Shown one piece after another: positions 1-10,853 of a stretch of DNA of 64,000 bases. The notes under the pieces were generated by a model. The model was not told the origin of the DNA. It searched no databases and worked only from the letters and a program-made list of their open reading frames with translations. A program made the position numbers and the translations under genes. How positions within the stretch are numbered: position 1 is the first letter of the stretch; each line of letters starts with the position of its first letter. The stretch is from Candidatus Rariloculaceae bacterium. GTDB taxonomy: Bacteria > Pseudomonadota > Gammaproteobacteria > Steroidobacterales > Rariloculaceae. The stretch is from assembly GCA_965237785.1 (NCBI GenBank), contig OZ250159.1:1099656-1163655 (forward strand). Reading direction: 5' to 3'.

Positions 1-1961
1 AGTGGGCGGCTGAGAAACTTGCTCGTAATCCGCGGCAGCGCATTGCCATCGTCGTTTCCGGGATTGACGGTCGTCGCGGAGAGGTCGAGCGCATTTTGGA
101 AGATGCACTTTATCCGGAGCGCTCCCGGCTGGGTGCAGAGGGCGGCGCGCCTATCGTAAATTTGGGCGATCCGCCACCAACGGTCGAAAATCCGGTTATC
201 GGCGCTGCGCTAACGGCATTGGAGTTATTTTCGTCAAGGGGGCGCTTTCAAGTACTGAGTCGCTGGCTCCGCAGCCCGTTTTTCGTCTCCGCGACGGGTG
301 AAGCCGAGGCACGTTGCCGCCTGGAAGTTCAGCTCAGATCGCATATCGCTTCACAACTGGAATTTCTCGAAGCCTTCGGGTCTTGCGGATTGGCGGCGCG
401 AATCAATGCGGAGATGCCTGTGCTCGCCGATGTTCTCGCTTCTGGCGCGGAACTGATGAATTCGCAATCCAGGCAGGCAACTCCCACCCATTGGGCGGGT
501 GTCTGGCGGCGGCTGTTGAGCCTCCTTGGTTGGCACGCCAGCGTGGCGGACGCAACGGCGTTGGAAGACTGGGAGGCGGGCTTGAACGAGTTATCGCTGC
601 TGACCCCAATTCTCGGCGAACTCACGTGCGCTGACACACTGACGGAGCTGGAGAGAATTCTCGCGCGGCCGCAACGCGTCGGCTCGGTACCCCTCGAGGG
701 TGTCTTCCTGTTGGCAGACCCCGAAGACGTGGGGCCCGGTTACGATGCGCTTTGGATCGGCGGGCTTACCGATGCGATTTGGCCTCGGGTTCCGCAACCA
801 AGTCCGTTGCTGCCGCTAACGCTGCAGCGGGCCCACGGGATGCCCTTGACCCTCCCATCCGATGCCCTGGAACACTCTCGTGTGACGCTTCGACGGGCGA
901 TAGACCGCGTACCGGACGTCGTGTTGAGTTCGCCAGGGATCATTCGCGACTACCCGGCGCAACCCAGTCCATTGATCGTCTCGTATCCCAAGGTGCGCGT
1001 CGCCGACCTTGTGCGGCGCCCGACGAAGCGCGTTCGGCAATCACGCCCGCATCCCGCGCGAGTGGAAATCCGCCGTGATGCGGTACCCGCAGTGTCAAAC
1101 CGCCGAATGCGAGGCGGTGCCCACACATTGTCCTTGCACTCGCACTGTCCGCTGCGAGCGTTTCTTGAGAGTCGATTGCAAGCAACTCCACTGGAAACCG
1201 TCAGGGCCGGTCTGAGCGCTCGGCAGCGCGGCATAGTCACCCATTCGTCTGCGCAACAACTGTTTCGGGAGTTGCCGGCGCAGGCTGATATCGCATCCTG
1301 GAGCGTCGCCGAACGTTCGCGGCGTATAGATACCTGCGTCCAGGAGTCGCTTCGCAAGTTTTTTGGTCCTGCCGAAGACGCCTTGCGGGCGATCGTTGAC
1401 TTGGAGGCCGCGAGATTGCGGTCAGCCCTGACCGGCTTGTTGGAGCTTGAACTTGCTCGTAACGCGTTTCGGGTGAAGGCCGTGGAGTTTCCGGTGGAAG
1501 CGAGCGTCGGCGGAATGAAAATGATCTGCCGAATCGACCGAATTGACGAGTTGGTTCCCGGAGGGACGCTCGCCATCATCGACTACAAGACCGGCTCTTC
1601 GAGTCGGCCGGGCGACTGGCTCAAGGAGCGGCCTCGCAACCTGCAACTGCCCCTCTATGCACTGGCCGTTACAGGAGATGTACGCGGCGTGGTCATTGCC
1701 ACACTTCACCCGCGCAACCTGGGCTACAAGGGGGTTTGGACGGCATCCGGGATGTTCCCCGGGCGTTCGACCCGCTTGCCCGGCGGTCGTACCTGGCCCG
1801 TGCAACTGAGTTGCTGGCGCGATCGAATCGAGCTTTTCGCCAGGGAGTTTGCCCACGGGGACGGAAGAATATTCAAGACTCAACTCAAGGCGGCTGGTGG
1901 TGCTTTTGCACCCCTCACCCGTGTTCACGAGTTGGTGGCGCGGCAACGTCGACTGTCCTGA
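1..1961 (+). CDS. PD-(D/E)XK nuclease family protein, AddB-like (5' end outside window)
   Basis: The reading frame is open from base 3, with no stop upstream of the TTG at 96, so the gene starts outside the window. The C-terminal CRIDRIDEL...LAIIDYKTG matches a PD-(D/E)XK nuclease motif. It lies directly upstream of a UvrD-type helicase-nuclease, as in AddAB-like pairs. Confidence 0.7.
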   Translation, partial: WAAEKLARNPRQRIAIVVSGIDGRRGEVERILEDALYPERSRLGAEGGAPIVNLGDPPPTVENPVIGAALTALELFSSRGRFQVLSRWLRSPFFVSATGEAEARCRLEVQLRSHIASQLEFLEAFGSCGLAARINAEMPVLADVLASGAELMNSQSRQATPTHWAGVWRRLLSLLGWHASVADATALEDWEAGLNELSLLTPILGELTCADTLTELERILARPQRVGSVPLEGVFLLADPEDVGPGYDALWIGGLTDAIWPRVPQPSPLLPLTLQRAHGMPLTLPSDALEHSRVTLRRAIDRVPDVVLSSPGIIRDYPAQPSPLIVSYPKVRVADLVRRPTKRVRQSRPHPARVEIRRDAVPAVSNRRMRGGAHTLSLHSHCPLRAFLESRLQATPLETVRAGLSARQRGIVTHSSAQQLFRELPAQADIASWSVAERSRRIDTCVQESLRKFFGPAEDALRAIVDLEAARLRSALTGLLELELARNAFRVKAVEFPVEASVGGMKMICRIDRIDELVPGGTLAIIDYKTGSSSRPGDWLKERPRNLQLPLYALAVTGDVRGVVIATLHPRNLGYKGVWTASGMFPGRSTRLPGGRTWPVQLSCWRDRIELFAREFAHGDGRIFKTQLKAAGGAFAPLTRVHELVARQRRLS

Positions 1962-1976
1962 CGCGTGGGGATACGG

Positions 1977-4900
1977 ATGAACGATTCGCCCGTGCGCAAA
2001 CGAGCACTGGATACCAGTCAATCGTTTATCGTCCAGTCGCCAGCGGGTTCCGGCAAGACTGAGCTACTCATTCAGCGCTACCTGGCGCTACTGTCGACGG
2101 TCGAGTTACCGGAGCAAGTGGTCGCGATCACCTTTACCCGCAAGGCAGCCGCACAGATGCGCGCACGCGTACTGGCGGCATTGGCGAACGCCGCACTGAA
2201 GAAACCTCCGTCAGAGCCCCACCGGCGCGAGACATACGAGTTGGCGCGGCGCGCGCTGGCGCGAGATAGACACTGTAAGTGGTTCATGATCGATCAGCCC
2301 CGGCGTTTGAAAATCGATACGCTGGACGCGCTGAACTCCTGGCTCGCACAGCGGTTGCCGATGTCGGCGGGCGGAGTCGCGACAGCCCGAATCGTCGAGG
2401 ATGCTCGCGAGTACAATGCGCTCGCCGCCCGCCGTTTGATGCAGCGGTTGGGGGGCTCTTCGCCGGCCGCTGCCGCATTGCAGAACCTCCTGGAACACTC
2501 GACCGGTACCGATGAGGTCGTCGCCAAGCTGGCGGGAATGTTATCGACCCGTGACCAGTGGCTACCCCTGCTTCTCGCGGGGGAAGAGGGCCAATTGCGC
2601 CAAGAGGTCGATCGGGCCCTGCGTCGTTCGGTCGAGGACGATCTTGCCAATGTTGCCGGTTTGTTGCCCGCGGAGGCCGCCGCCCAACTTGCGCCATTGC
2701 TGCGTCATGCCGCCGAACACGCCCCTGAATACGGCACGGTATTCGAGGAATGGCGAGAACTCGGGGCGCTGCCCGCTCCCGAGTTTTCCCTGGTCAGGTC
2801 CTGGAAGGCATTGCCCGAACTCCTGTTAAATAAGCAGGGTGGTTGGCGCAAGCAACTGAGTGTTGTCGGTTTTTCGCGCCGCTTTGTCGAACCACAGGAG
2901 AAACTGAGAGCGTTGATCGCTTCGCTGGCGAACGCGAGCGATCTGCGCCTCGCGTTGCACGAATTAAGAGCCATACCGGCAACCGAACCGGGAGCCGCGT
3001 GGTGGGACGAACTGGCAGCGCTTCGCACGACACTGCAACACCTGGTAGCCGAGTTGCGCGTGCTGTTCGCGGAACGCGATGCGGCGGATTTTGTGGAGCT
3101 GGCTTTCGCGGCCCAGCGCGCCTTGGGAAGTACCACTCAACCATCCGAGCTGTTGCTGGCGCTGGACCGGCGGATCCAGCACATTCTCGTGGATGAGTTC
3201 CAGGACACGTCTCGCTCACAGATCAGGCTGCTCGAGCTGCTCACGGCGGGTTGGGAGCCGGGGGATGGCCGGTCGCTGTTCCTGGTGGGCGATCCGATGC
3301 AATCCATCTATCGCTTTCGAAATGCCGACATGGCGCTATTTCTGAAAGCGAAGTATCGGGGCATCGGTGATACTTATTGCGAGCCGCTGGTACTGACGCA
3401 GAATTTTCGTAGCAGCCCGATGTTGATCGAATGGGTCAACAGCGCGTTTTCTCACGTATTTCCGCAAACAGACGATATCAGGGCGGGTGCAGCCCGGTTC
3501 AGCCCATCTGTTGCAGCTAGAGCGCCGTCACGAAACGAGACGGTCGAGGTCCACGCCTTGCGGGGGACCGACCCCGAAGCGGAGACGAGGCACGTGGCAA
3601 ATATTGTTGCCGAGGAAAGGGCCCGGTCGCCAACAGGCTCCGTGGCCATTCTCGTGCAAAACCGGGCTCACCTGACGGGCTTGCGGTCCCACCTTCGAGC
3701 GTTGGGTCTGGAGGCGCATGCCGTGCAGATCGAGGCGCCGAACCAGTATCAGGTCACCCAGGACCTTATCGGCCTTACACGGGCTCTGACGCACTTTGCG
3801 GATCGTATCGCATGGTTGGCGGTACTGCGGGCTCCATGGTGCGGAATTCGATGGCGCGACTTGCATAGCCTCTGCCGGGACGATTCCGACAGCGCGGTCT
3901 GGACATTGATGCACGATCCCGGACGCATCGCCGGGCTCACCGCGGACGGACGCCACCGTGTCGCCGCCATTCGCGAGATTCTGCAGTTGGCATTTCAGTC
4001 ACGCGCCGCTCAACCCTTGGCGCACTGGGTGCAGCGCACCTGGGTGACTCTGGGCGGTCCTGCCTGTGTGGAGGATCCGGAGGATCTGGAACGTGCCGAG
4101 AGTTTTTTTTCAACTCTCGACGAAATCGCTACCTGTGGCGATCTTGACGATCCGGCGGCGTTGGAGAGTCTGTTCCAGGATCCATCATCCAGCACCGACC
4201 GCCCCCGGGAAAGCGGAATCGAAATTATGTCCATTCACCGGGCGAAAGGTCTGGAATTCGATAGCGTCATCGTTCTGGGTCTGGGCCGGGAGCCGCCGGC
4301 TCAGAGCGTGAAAGCGCTATGCTGGCATGAGCAAGTGCACGACAGCGGCGAGGAATCCGTCTTGTTGGCCCCGGCGCTTGCAGACAGCGCGGAATTCGAT
4401 GCGCTGACCCGGTGGGTAAGGGGTATGGAGCGGCGCAAGGATGACTCCGAGCGGGCGCGGCTTTTGTATGTTGCAGCTACCCGGGCAAGGGAACGCCTGC
4501 ATCTGGTGGGGCAGCTCGCTCCAGGCAGATCGTCGCCACCGCCAAGGAGTCTTCTGGCTTGCCTATGGCCGCGAGTGTCGACCGCGTTCGAGTCGGCGAA
4601 GGCGGTTGGCCAATCGCCCAAAGGGGAGGGCGAGGCCTTCGAATCCGAGCTCAGGCGCCTTGCCGAGCCGCAGAGCCTTGCGGAACTTCGGGTGGTCCCG
4701 CCGTCGCGGACGGTACGCCGACCTCATTTCGATTGGGCAGGCCAGGCCACTTTGCAAGTGGGTGTGGTGGTGCATCGTTGGCTGCAGACCATTGCTCGGG
4801 AAAGCACCGAGAGTTGGAATGGCGAGCGTGTACGCGCGGCCTCAAGCCGATTCCGGGAGGAGCTGAAGTTGCTTGGCGTCGAGGACGGCGAACTTGCCGA

Positions 4901-5270
4901 CGCATCGGAACGGGTGATCCAGGCATTGGACGCTGTGCTCACCGATCCTGTCGGACTTTGGATCTTGGCCAACCACGGCGAGGCGCGTTCGGAATTGCCG
5001 ATAACACTGGTTAACGATGGCCGACTGGAGAACATGCGGTTGGACCGCACGTTCATCGATGACAAGGGGATTCGGTGGATCATTGATTTCAAGACCAGTT
5101 CCCATGAGGGAGGATCCACATCGTCGTTTCTGGATTCCGAGGTAAAGCGATATCGAGGGCAACTGGATCGCTATGCCAGGGCCCTGGCCTCGGTCGACAG
5201 CCGGCCGATCAGGGTGGGACTGTATTTCCCCTTGCTCCGGGCATTCAGGGACTGGCGCCCGCTCCAGTAA
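1977..5270 (+). CDS. UvrD/Rep-family helicase-nuclease, AddA-like
   Basis: Walker A SPAGSGKTE, helicase motif VDEFQDTS, QNFRS, and a C-terminal IIDFKTS PD-(D/E)XK motif. The ATG at 1977 is preferred over the GTG at 1965. Confidence 0.8.
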   Translation: MNDSPVRKRALDTSQSFIVQSPAGSGKTELLIQRYLALLSTVELPEQVVAITFTRKAAAQMRARVLAALANAALKKPPSEPHRRETYELARRALARDRHCKWFMIDQPRRLKIDTLDALNSWLAQRLPMSAGGVATARIVEDAREYNALAARRLMQRLGGSSPAAAALQNLLEHSTGTDEVVAKLAGMLSTRDQWLPLLLAGEEGQLRQEVDRALRRSVEDDLANVAGLLPAEAAAQLAPLLRHAAEHAPEYGTVFEEWRELGALPAPEFSLVRSWKALPELLLNKQGGWRKQLSVVGFSRRFVEPQEKLRALIASLANASDLRLALHELRAIPATEPGAAWWDELAALRTTLQHLVAELRVLFAERDAADFVELAFAAQRALGSTTQPSELLLALDRRIQHILVDEFQDTSRSQIRLLELLTAGWEPGDGRSLFLVGDPMQSIYRFRNADMALFLKAKYRGIGDTYCEPLVLTQNFRSSPMLIEWVNSAFSHVFPQTDDIRAGAARFSPSVAARAPSRNETVEVHALRGTDPEAETRHVANIVAEERARSPTGSVAILVQNRAHLTGLRSHLRALGLEAHAVQIEAPNQYQVTQDLIGLTRALTHFADRIAWLAVLRAPWCGIRWRDLHSLCRDDSDSAVWTLMHDPGRIAGLTADGRHRVAAIREILQLAFQSRAAQPLAHWVQRTWVTLGGPACVEDPEDLERAESFFSTLDEIATCGDLDDPAALESLFQDPSSSTDRPRESGIEIMSIHRAKGLEFDSVIVLGLGREPPAQSVKALCWHEQVHDSGEESVLLAPALADSAEFDALTRWVRGMERRKDDSERARLLYVAATRARERLHLVGQLAPGRSSPPPRSLLACLWPRVSTAFESAKAVGQSPKGEGEAFESELRRLAEPQSLAELRVVPPSRTVRRPHFDWAGQATLQVGVVVHRWLQTIARESTESWNGERVRAASSRFREELKLLGVEDGELADASERVIQALDAVLTDPVGLWILANHGEARSELPITLVNDGRLENMRLDRTFIDDKGIRWIIDFKTSSHEGGSTSSFLDSEVKRYRGQLDRYARALASVDSRPIRVGLYFPLLRAFRDWRPLQ

Positions 5271-5274
5271 GTGA

Positions 5275-7185
5275 TTAGAAGGCCAGATTGGTACCGATCC
5301 TGATGCGAGCGCCAGGAGAGGGAAACCCCGGCGCGTCTTCGTAGTCGTTATCGAACGCATTGTCGATCGCGATCCAGAATGTCTGATCTGCCAAGCGTTC
5401 GTAGCGGGCGGTCCCGCCCACGATCGTGTATCCCGCCGCGTTGACGTTACCAGTGGGTATCGATGTGATCAGGCGAGAGCCGACATATCGAGTCGTCACG
5501 TTAATGCGCCACCGTCGCGGGAGAGACCAGTCCAGACTCACACCGCCCATGCGCTCGGGGCGCCTGCGAAGGTCTTCGGACCGGCTCGAACTGTTTGACC
5601 AGGTACCGTCGACCAGCACTCGTAGTGTCGGCGACAGTTCCAGGCTGGTCCGGATTTCCACGCCGCTGACGTCAATCCGACCTCTGTTCACATTCGTAAA
5701 CGAGTCAAAGTCGAAGTCTACGAGATCCTCGTAGCGACTCCTGAAGGCGGAGAGAATCAACTCACTCCCGCCCGAAAGTACATGCGTGTATCCGATCTCC
5801 GCGTTGCGCACGTTTTCATCGATCAGGTTCTGATTCCCGAAGAGCGGATTGCCCAAAGCAAAAAAACTCGGCAATTTGAAGCCGTTTGCGACGCGTCCCC
5901 AGATGCGGCTGCCGCTCTCGGAAACCGTTCGTGCAATGCCCAACTTGCCCGAAAAGCGTCCCTCGCCGCCGTCGTGATCCCATCGCGTGGCGAGCGTTGT
6001 CGTGATGCCTCCGTTCCACTGTTTGCCGAGTTCCCCAAAAAGAGACGATACGGACCGGTCCAGTTCGTAGGAATTGGGGACCACGGCAAAGCCCAGATCG
6101 ACCGCGCCATCGTCACTGCCATCTTCCACGACGAAATCGGCGCCGGTAACGAGATGAAGGTTCTCCGGCAATTCAACGCGATTGACCCAAAGTAGCTGCG
6201 CCCGCTCGTAGCGGGTTATCGTGGAGAATGAAGGCTGTCCATCGAGCATGCCCGGCGCCACTGCGGGAACGTCGACGTTATCCCTGGTTCGTAAACTGCT
6301 TATATACAGATCGGATTGCCACATCTCCGATAAAGCCCAGCTGCTTGTGGCCGCAACGGCCAGCTCGTCGCCATCGGCGGTTTCAAGTTCCCGCAGTACC
6401 GCGGACCGCGGACCTCCACTGACTTCAGGGAAACTGGACCGATCGCGCCGAACGCCGCGGACGCCGATCTCCCAGGAGCCGCCTGTTGACCAGCCACCCG
6501 CGAGCCGGGAACCAAAGCTGTCAAGACGTAACGATGAGCCTTCGATTTCGTTGCCGCCGTCCAGCGCGGACGCGCGCACGCTCCACTCCAGGTCTTCGCC
6601 TGGATTGAACGACGCGCCGGCGCCGAATCGCCAGTCATCGATCGTGCCAGCCTCCAGAAATACGTTCGACGAACCCGGGTCGGCCCAGGCTGAACGAATA
6701 CGGATTACGCCGGCCATCGCATCCGCTCCATAGACAGCCGACATGGTTCCGGTTGCAACGTCTATGCGGTCGATGTCGTAGATGCCCAACAACGAGAAAT
6801 CGAACGATCCGCCGCGCGTATTGGACGGATTATTGAGGCGAATGTTGTCGACGTACACAGCGGTAAAGTTCGACTCCGCGCCGCGTAGAAAGATTTCTGA
6901 AACTCCGCCTGGTCCGCCGGGGCGGCTGACCGAGAACCCCGGTAACCTCTGGAAAAGTTGCTCGGGGTCAACGGGCTGACTCGTCGAGAGTTCCAAGGAA
7001 TCGGTAGCGATAGCCTCGCCGATGCCGAAAATGTCATTGTCGAGTCGCGTCTCGACGATGACGATCTCTTCCAATTCTTGCTCGTCGTCGCCGGTCGTTG
7101 GTGCAGCTGTCGCGGCCGCTACCCGTCCTGGGCCAAAGACGAGTGCGATGGCGACGGCGCTAATTGAACGGGCGGTTATCCCCAT
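5275..7185 (-). CDS. TonB-dependent receptor
   Basis: Signal peptide, TonB-box-like EEIVIVETR, plug-domain sequence IFLRGAESNFTAVYVDN, and a long beta-barrel ending in the typical terminal aromatic ...TNLAF. Confidence 0.85.
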   Translation of the reverse strand: MGITARSISAVAIALVFGPGRVAAATAAPTTGDDEQELEEIVIVETRLDNDIFGIGEAIATDSLELSTSQPVDPEQLFQRLPGFSVSRPGGPGGVSEIFLRGAESNFTAVYVDNIRLNNPSNTRGGSFDFSLLGIYDIDRIDVATGTMSAVYGADAMAGVIRIRSAWADPGSSNVFLEAGTIDDWRFGAGASFNPGEDLEWSVRASALDGGNEIEGSSLRLDSFGSRLAGGWSTGGSWEIGVRGVRRDRSSFPEVSGGPRSAVLRELETADGDELAVAATSSWALSEMWQSDLYISSLRTRDNVDVPAVAPGMLDGQPSFSTITRYERAQLLWVNRVELPENLHLVTGADFVVEDGSDDGAVDLGFAVVPNSYELDRSVSSLFGELGKQWNGGITTTLATRWDHDGGEGRFSGKLGIARTVSESGSRIWGRVANGFKLPSFFALGNPLFGNQNLIDENVRNAEIGYTHVLSGGSELILSAFRSRYEDLVDFDFDSFTNVNRGRIDVSGVEIRTSLELSPTLRVLVDGTWSNSSSRSEDLRRRPERMGGVSLDWSLPRRWRINVTTRYVGSRLITSIPTGNVNAAGYTIVGGTARYERLADQTFWIAIDNAFDNDYEDAPGFPSPGARIRIGTNLAF

Positions 7186-7290
7186 TGCATGGTTTTTATC
7201 ATCTGCTGCCGCTCACATGTCTTGATGATGGGGTCCACCGACATTCCTTGTTTGGATGAGAGAATTGCGGTCGCCGATCGGGCGATTGGG

Positions 7291-8265
7291 CTAGCTCGAC
7301 ATTCGGGCCAGACGCCGGTTAATCAGAACGTCGGCTTCAGCCATGATTCGGTCGATGAGCTCTTTCACAGTAGGGATGTCGTAGATAAGGCCTGCAACCA
7401 TTCCGCAAGACCATGCTCCGGCATCCATGTCGCCTTCCAGCATAATTTGGGGATAAACCCCCACAACGTCGTCAAAAATGTCTTCGAATTTCAGCTTGTC
7501 CCCGAGTCGCTTTTCGGTTTCAAGAAGCCGCTCAACAGCGGTATTGTTCAGGACCCGTTCGGTATTGCGCAAAGGACGCATGACCAGCCGCGTGTCCAGC
7601 TCGGTCGCGCTGACAATCGCCTGTTTGACGTGCTCGTGTACCGGGGCCTCCCTGGTTGCGATGAATCGGGTACCCATGTTCATGCCCTCCGCGCCCAATG
7701 CAAGCGAGGCAACGAGCGACCGCCCATCCGCTTGTCCGCCCGAGGCGACAAACGGAATTTCAAGCTCGTCCGCAGCGCGGGGGAGCAGAATCATGTTCGG
7801 AATGTCGTCTTCGCCGGGATGGCCACCGCATTCGAAACCGTCGACACTGGCCGCGTCGCAGCCGATTTTCTGCGCCTTCAATGCATGGCGAACCGATGTG
7901 CACTTATGAATGACCTTGATCCCGGCATCCTTCAGGTAGGGCAATACGTGAGAGGGATTGTTGCCCGCGGTTTCAACGATTTTCACGCCGCCATCGATGA
8001 TGGTCTTGATGATGGCCGGATAGTCGCGAGCACTGACTACCGGCAGAAACGTCACATTGACGCCGAAGGGCTTGTCGGTCATGTCCCGGCATTTCGCAAT
8101 CTCGTTTGCCAGATCAGCCGGGGTCTTCTGCGTTAGCCCCGTGATGATGCCGAGTCCACCCGCGTTGGACACGGCAGCCGCCAACTCGGCAAAGCCCACA
8201 TAGTGCATGCCGCCCTGAATAATCGGGTGCCGAATACCCAGCATTTCCGTAATTCGTGTCTTCAT
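7291..8265 (-). CDS. Nitronate monooxygenase / NAD(P)H-dependent flavin oxidoreductase (FabK-like fold)
   Basis: The N-terminus ITEMLGIRHPIIQGGMHYVGFAELAAAVSNAGGLGIITG is the characteristic NMO/2-nitropropane dioxygenase family signature. Confidence 0.8.
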   Translation of the reverse strand: MKTRITEMLGIRHPIIQGGMHYVGFAELAAAVSNAGGLGIITGLTQKTPADLANEIAKCRDMTDKPFGVNVTFLPVVSARDYPAIIKTIIDGGVKIVETAGNNPSHVLPYLKDAGIKVIHKCTSVRHALKAQKIGCDAASVDGFECGGHPGEDDIPNMILLPRAADELEIPFVASGGQADGRSLVASLALGAEGMNMGTRFIATREAPVHEHVKQAIVSATELDTRLVMRPLRNTERVLNNTAVERLLETEKRLGDKLKFEDIFDDVVGVYPQIMLEGDMDAGAWSCGMVAGLIYDIPTVKELIDRIMAEADVLINRRLARMSS

Positions 8266-8347
8266 GAAGTCGGTCCGTCAGGTAACTGAACGAATCGCAA
8301 GGTTTCGTATGTCATCGGTTTCCGCTTTCCAGGGACAAGGTTCGGAC

Positions 8348-9081
<734 letters not shown>

Positions 9082-9239
9082 CTAGGTACATTGTCACGAT
9101 ACCGTGCACCGAGCGACTCTGAGCACATGAGCAACCGTTTAAACCGTATAGAAAGATGGGCGTCATAAAACAGAAATGCAGACGTTCGGCGACTGCTATC
9201 ATCGGCCGAATGCAAAGTCACCGGTGGAGACGGTAAATC

Positions 9240-9662
9240 ATGCCCCTTCGGACCCTGGATCATTGCTCTATCCGTACGTTGAAGTTGAAGGAGAGTCGGG
9301 ATTTCTATATCGATGTGCTCGGCATGGATGAAGGTGACCGGCCGGATTTACCCTTTCCCGGGTGCTGGCTGTATGTGGACGACCTCACGGTGGTCCATCT
9401 CGTCGGCGTCGACCCCGACGATCCCAGCGGTCTGTTGGAGTACCTGGGCGGAGACGTCGACCCGGACGCTTTGGAAGGAAGCGGATCGTTCGATCACATC
9501 GCGTTCCGTGCGACGGATGCACCGGCAATGATCAAGCGGCTGAAGCAAAACAATGTCGCCTATCGTGAACGTCAGGTGCCGAACATGGGCCTCTATCAAT
9601 TGTTTGTGGAGGACCCCAACGGGATCACCCTTGAACTCAACTATTTCGGTTTCGAACAGTAG
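9240..9662 (+). CDS. VOC family protein (glyoxalase/bleomycin resistance/dioxygenase fold)
   Basis: 140 aa. LDHCSIRT...FYIDVLGM...FDHIAFRA...LFVEDPNGITLEL follows the paired beta-alpha-beta-beta-beta VOC pattern. Confidence 0.75.
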   Translation: MPLRTLDHCSIRTLKLKESRDFYIDVLGMDEGDRPDLPFPGCWLYVDDLTVVHLVGVDPDDPSGLLEYLGGDVDPDALEGSGSFDHIAFRATDAPAMIKRLKQNNVAYRERQVPNMGLYQLFVEDPNGITLELNYFGFEQ

Positions 9663-9733
9663 CTCGGGAAAACTTGCCGCCGGCCGCCACCGCAAGTGGA
9701 TCGGCGGCCGCAGCAGAAGGTGAGATATCCAGG

Positions 9734-10501
9734 CTAGAGCCCAGCCAGCATGTGTCCGCCGTCCACCGGCAGCGCGACACCGTTGATGAACGAACCCGCC
9801 TCACTTGCGAGTAGCATGAACGGCGCTGCAATTTCGTGCATCTCGCCCATTCGCTGTGCCGGGGTATTGCTTATGTAGTCGCGACCCATGTCGGACTCGA
9901 TAAACCACGCATTGATTTCGGTCAGGAAATAGCCCGGGCACAATGCGTTCACGCGAATGCCCTTTCGGCACCACTCCAGCGCGAGCGAGCGCGTCAATTG
10001 AATCAGGGCCGCTTTCGACGTTGCATAGGTGGTGAGTCCACGGGCCACGCGTAGTCCGAGTACGGAAGCAGTATTGACAATGCTGCCGCCAACGCCGGCG
10101 TCGATCATCCGGCGGCCCGATTCTCTCGCCACCAGCCATGCGCCCTTTAGATTGGTATCCAGCACGAAATCCCAGCGGTCCTCATCGATGTCGACCGCCT
10201 TTCTCTGGTCGACGACGCCGGCGTTGTTTGCAACGATGTCGACCGTGCCGAATGCATCCTCGGCAACGTCGAACGCGGCTTTGACACTGTCTGCGTTGCA
10301 GACATCCATTGCGACGGCCAGCGCCTCGCCGCCGTTCCGTTCAATCTCTTTTGCGAGCGTTTCAAGGCGGTCGAGCCTCCGAGCCGCCAGGACAACCCTC
10401 GCACCGTGTTCGGCCAGCAGCCCCGCAAAATGCGCTCCCAGTCCACTTGACGCGCCGCTCACCAGCGCCGTGCGGCCCGTGCAGTCAAATTTCTTGTCCA
10501 T
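9734..10501 (-). CDS. SDR family oxidoreductase
   Basis: TALVSGASSGLG cofactor motif, NNAG, and YxxxK (YATSKAAL). The ATG at 10501 is preferred over the GTG at 10510. Confidence 0.85.
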   Translation of the reverse strand: MDKKFDCTGRTALVSGASSGLGAHFAGLLAEHGARVVLAARRLDRLETLAKEIERNGGEALAVAMDVCNADSVKAAFDVAEDAFGTVDIVANNAGVVDQRKAVDIDEDRWDFVLDTNLKGAWLVARESGRRMIDAGVGGSIVNTASVLGLRVARGLTTYATSKAALIQLTRSLALEWCRKGIRVNALCPGYFLTEINAWFIESDMGRDYISNTPAQRMGEMHEIAAPFMLLASEAGSFINGVALPVDGGHMLAGL

Positions 10502-10538
10502 TGTCGTCACTCATCGATCCAGTATGTCTACGGCATGC

Positions 10539-10853
10539 TCACCTGGCCGTCATCGTCGGGTTCCACAATATCCGGCCGTTCTCATAACTCATCACAAAGA
10601 ACAGGGTCCCGAGCAATTCCCGATCTTCGCAGAGATGGATCGCGCGCGGTACGGGCACATCTGTTTGAGCCAATGCACGAATGACCCTGTATTCGCGGTC
10701 AACCGCGTGGGCGGACTTCAAGAGGGTTCCCGGCGGCTGCTTGCGCAGGACGTACTGCCCGGTGTCCGTGGTCAGCAGGAATGTGGGGTTGGACTGACCG
10801 CCGGAAAATTTCTTCGCCTTCAGCAAGCGGCCGAAGCCCTCGATACTCGCGTC
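10539..10853 (-). pseudogene. Phosphotransferase (APH/ACAD10-type kinase-like) gene fragment, truncated at both ends
   Basis: ASIEGFGRLLKAKKFSGGQSNPTFLL...YVLRKQPPGTLLKSAHAVDREYRVIRALAQTDVPVP...FFVMSYENGRILWNP matches only roughly residues 20-115 of the family. A stop follows and the next gene begins about 30 bp later. Confidence 0.65.

Noticed and set aside
7186-7290. Looked for a cobalamin riboswitch upstream of the BtuB-like TonB-dependent receptor.
   Set aside because: The intergenic space is only ~105 bp, against ~200 nt needed. I see no B12-box-like sequence.
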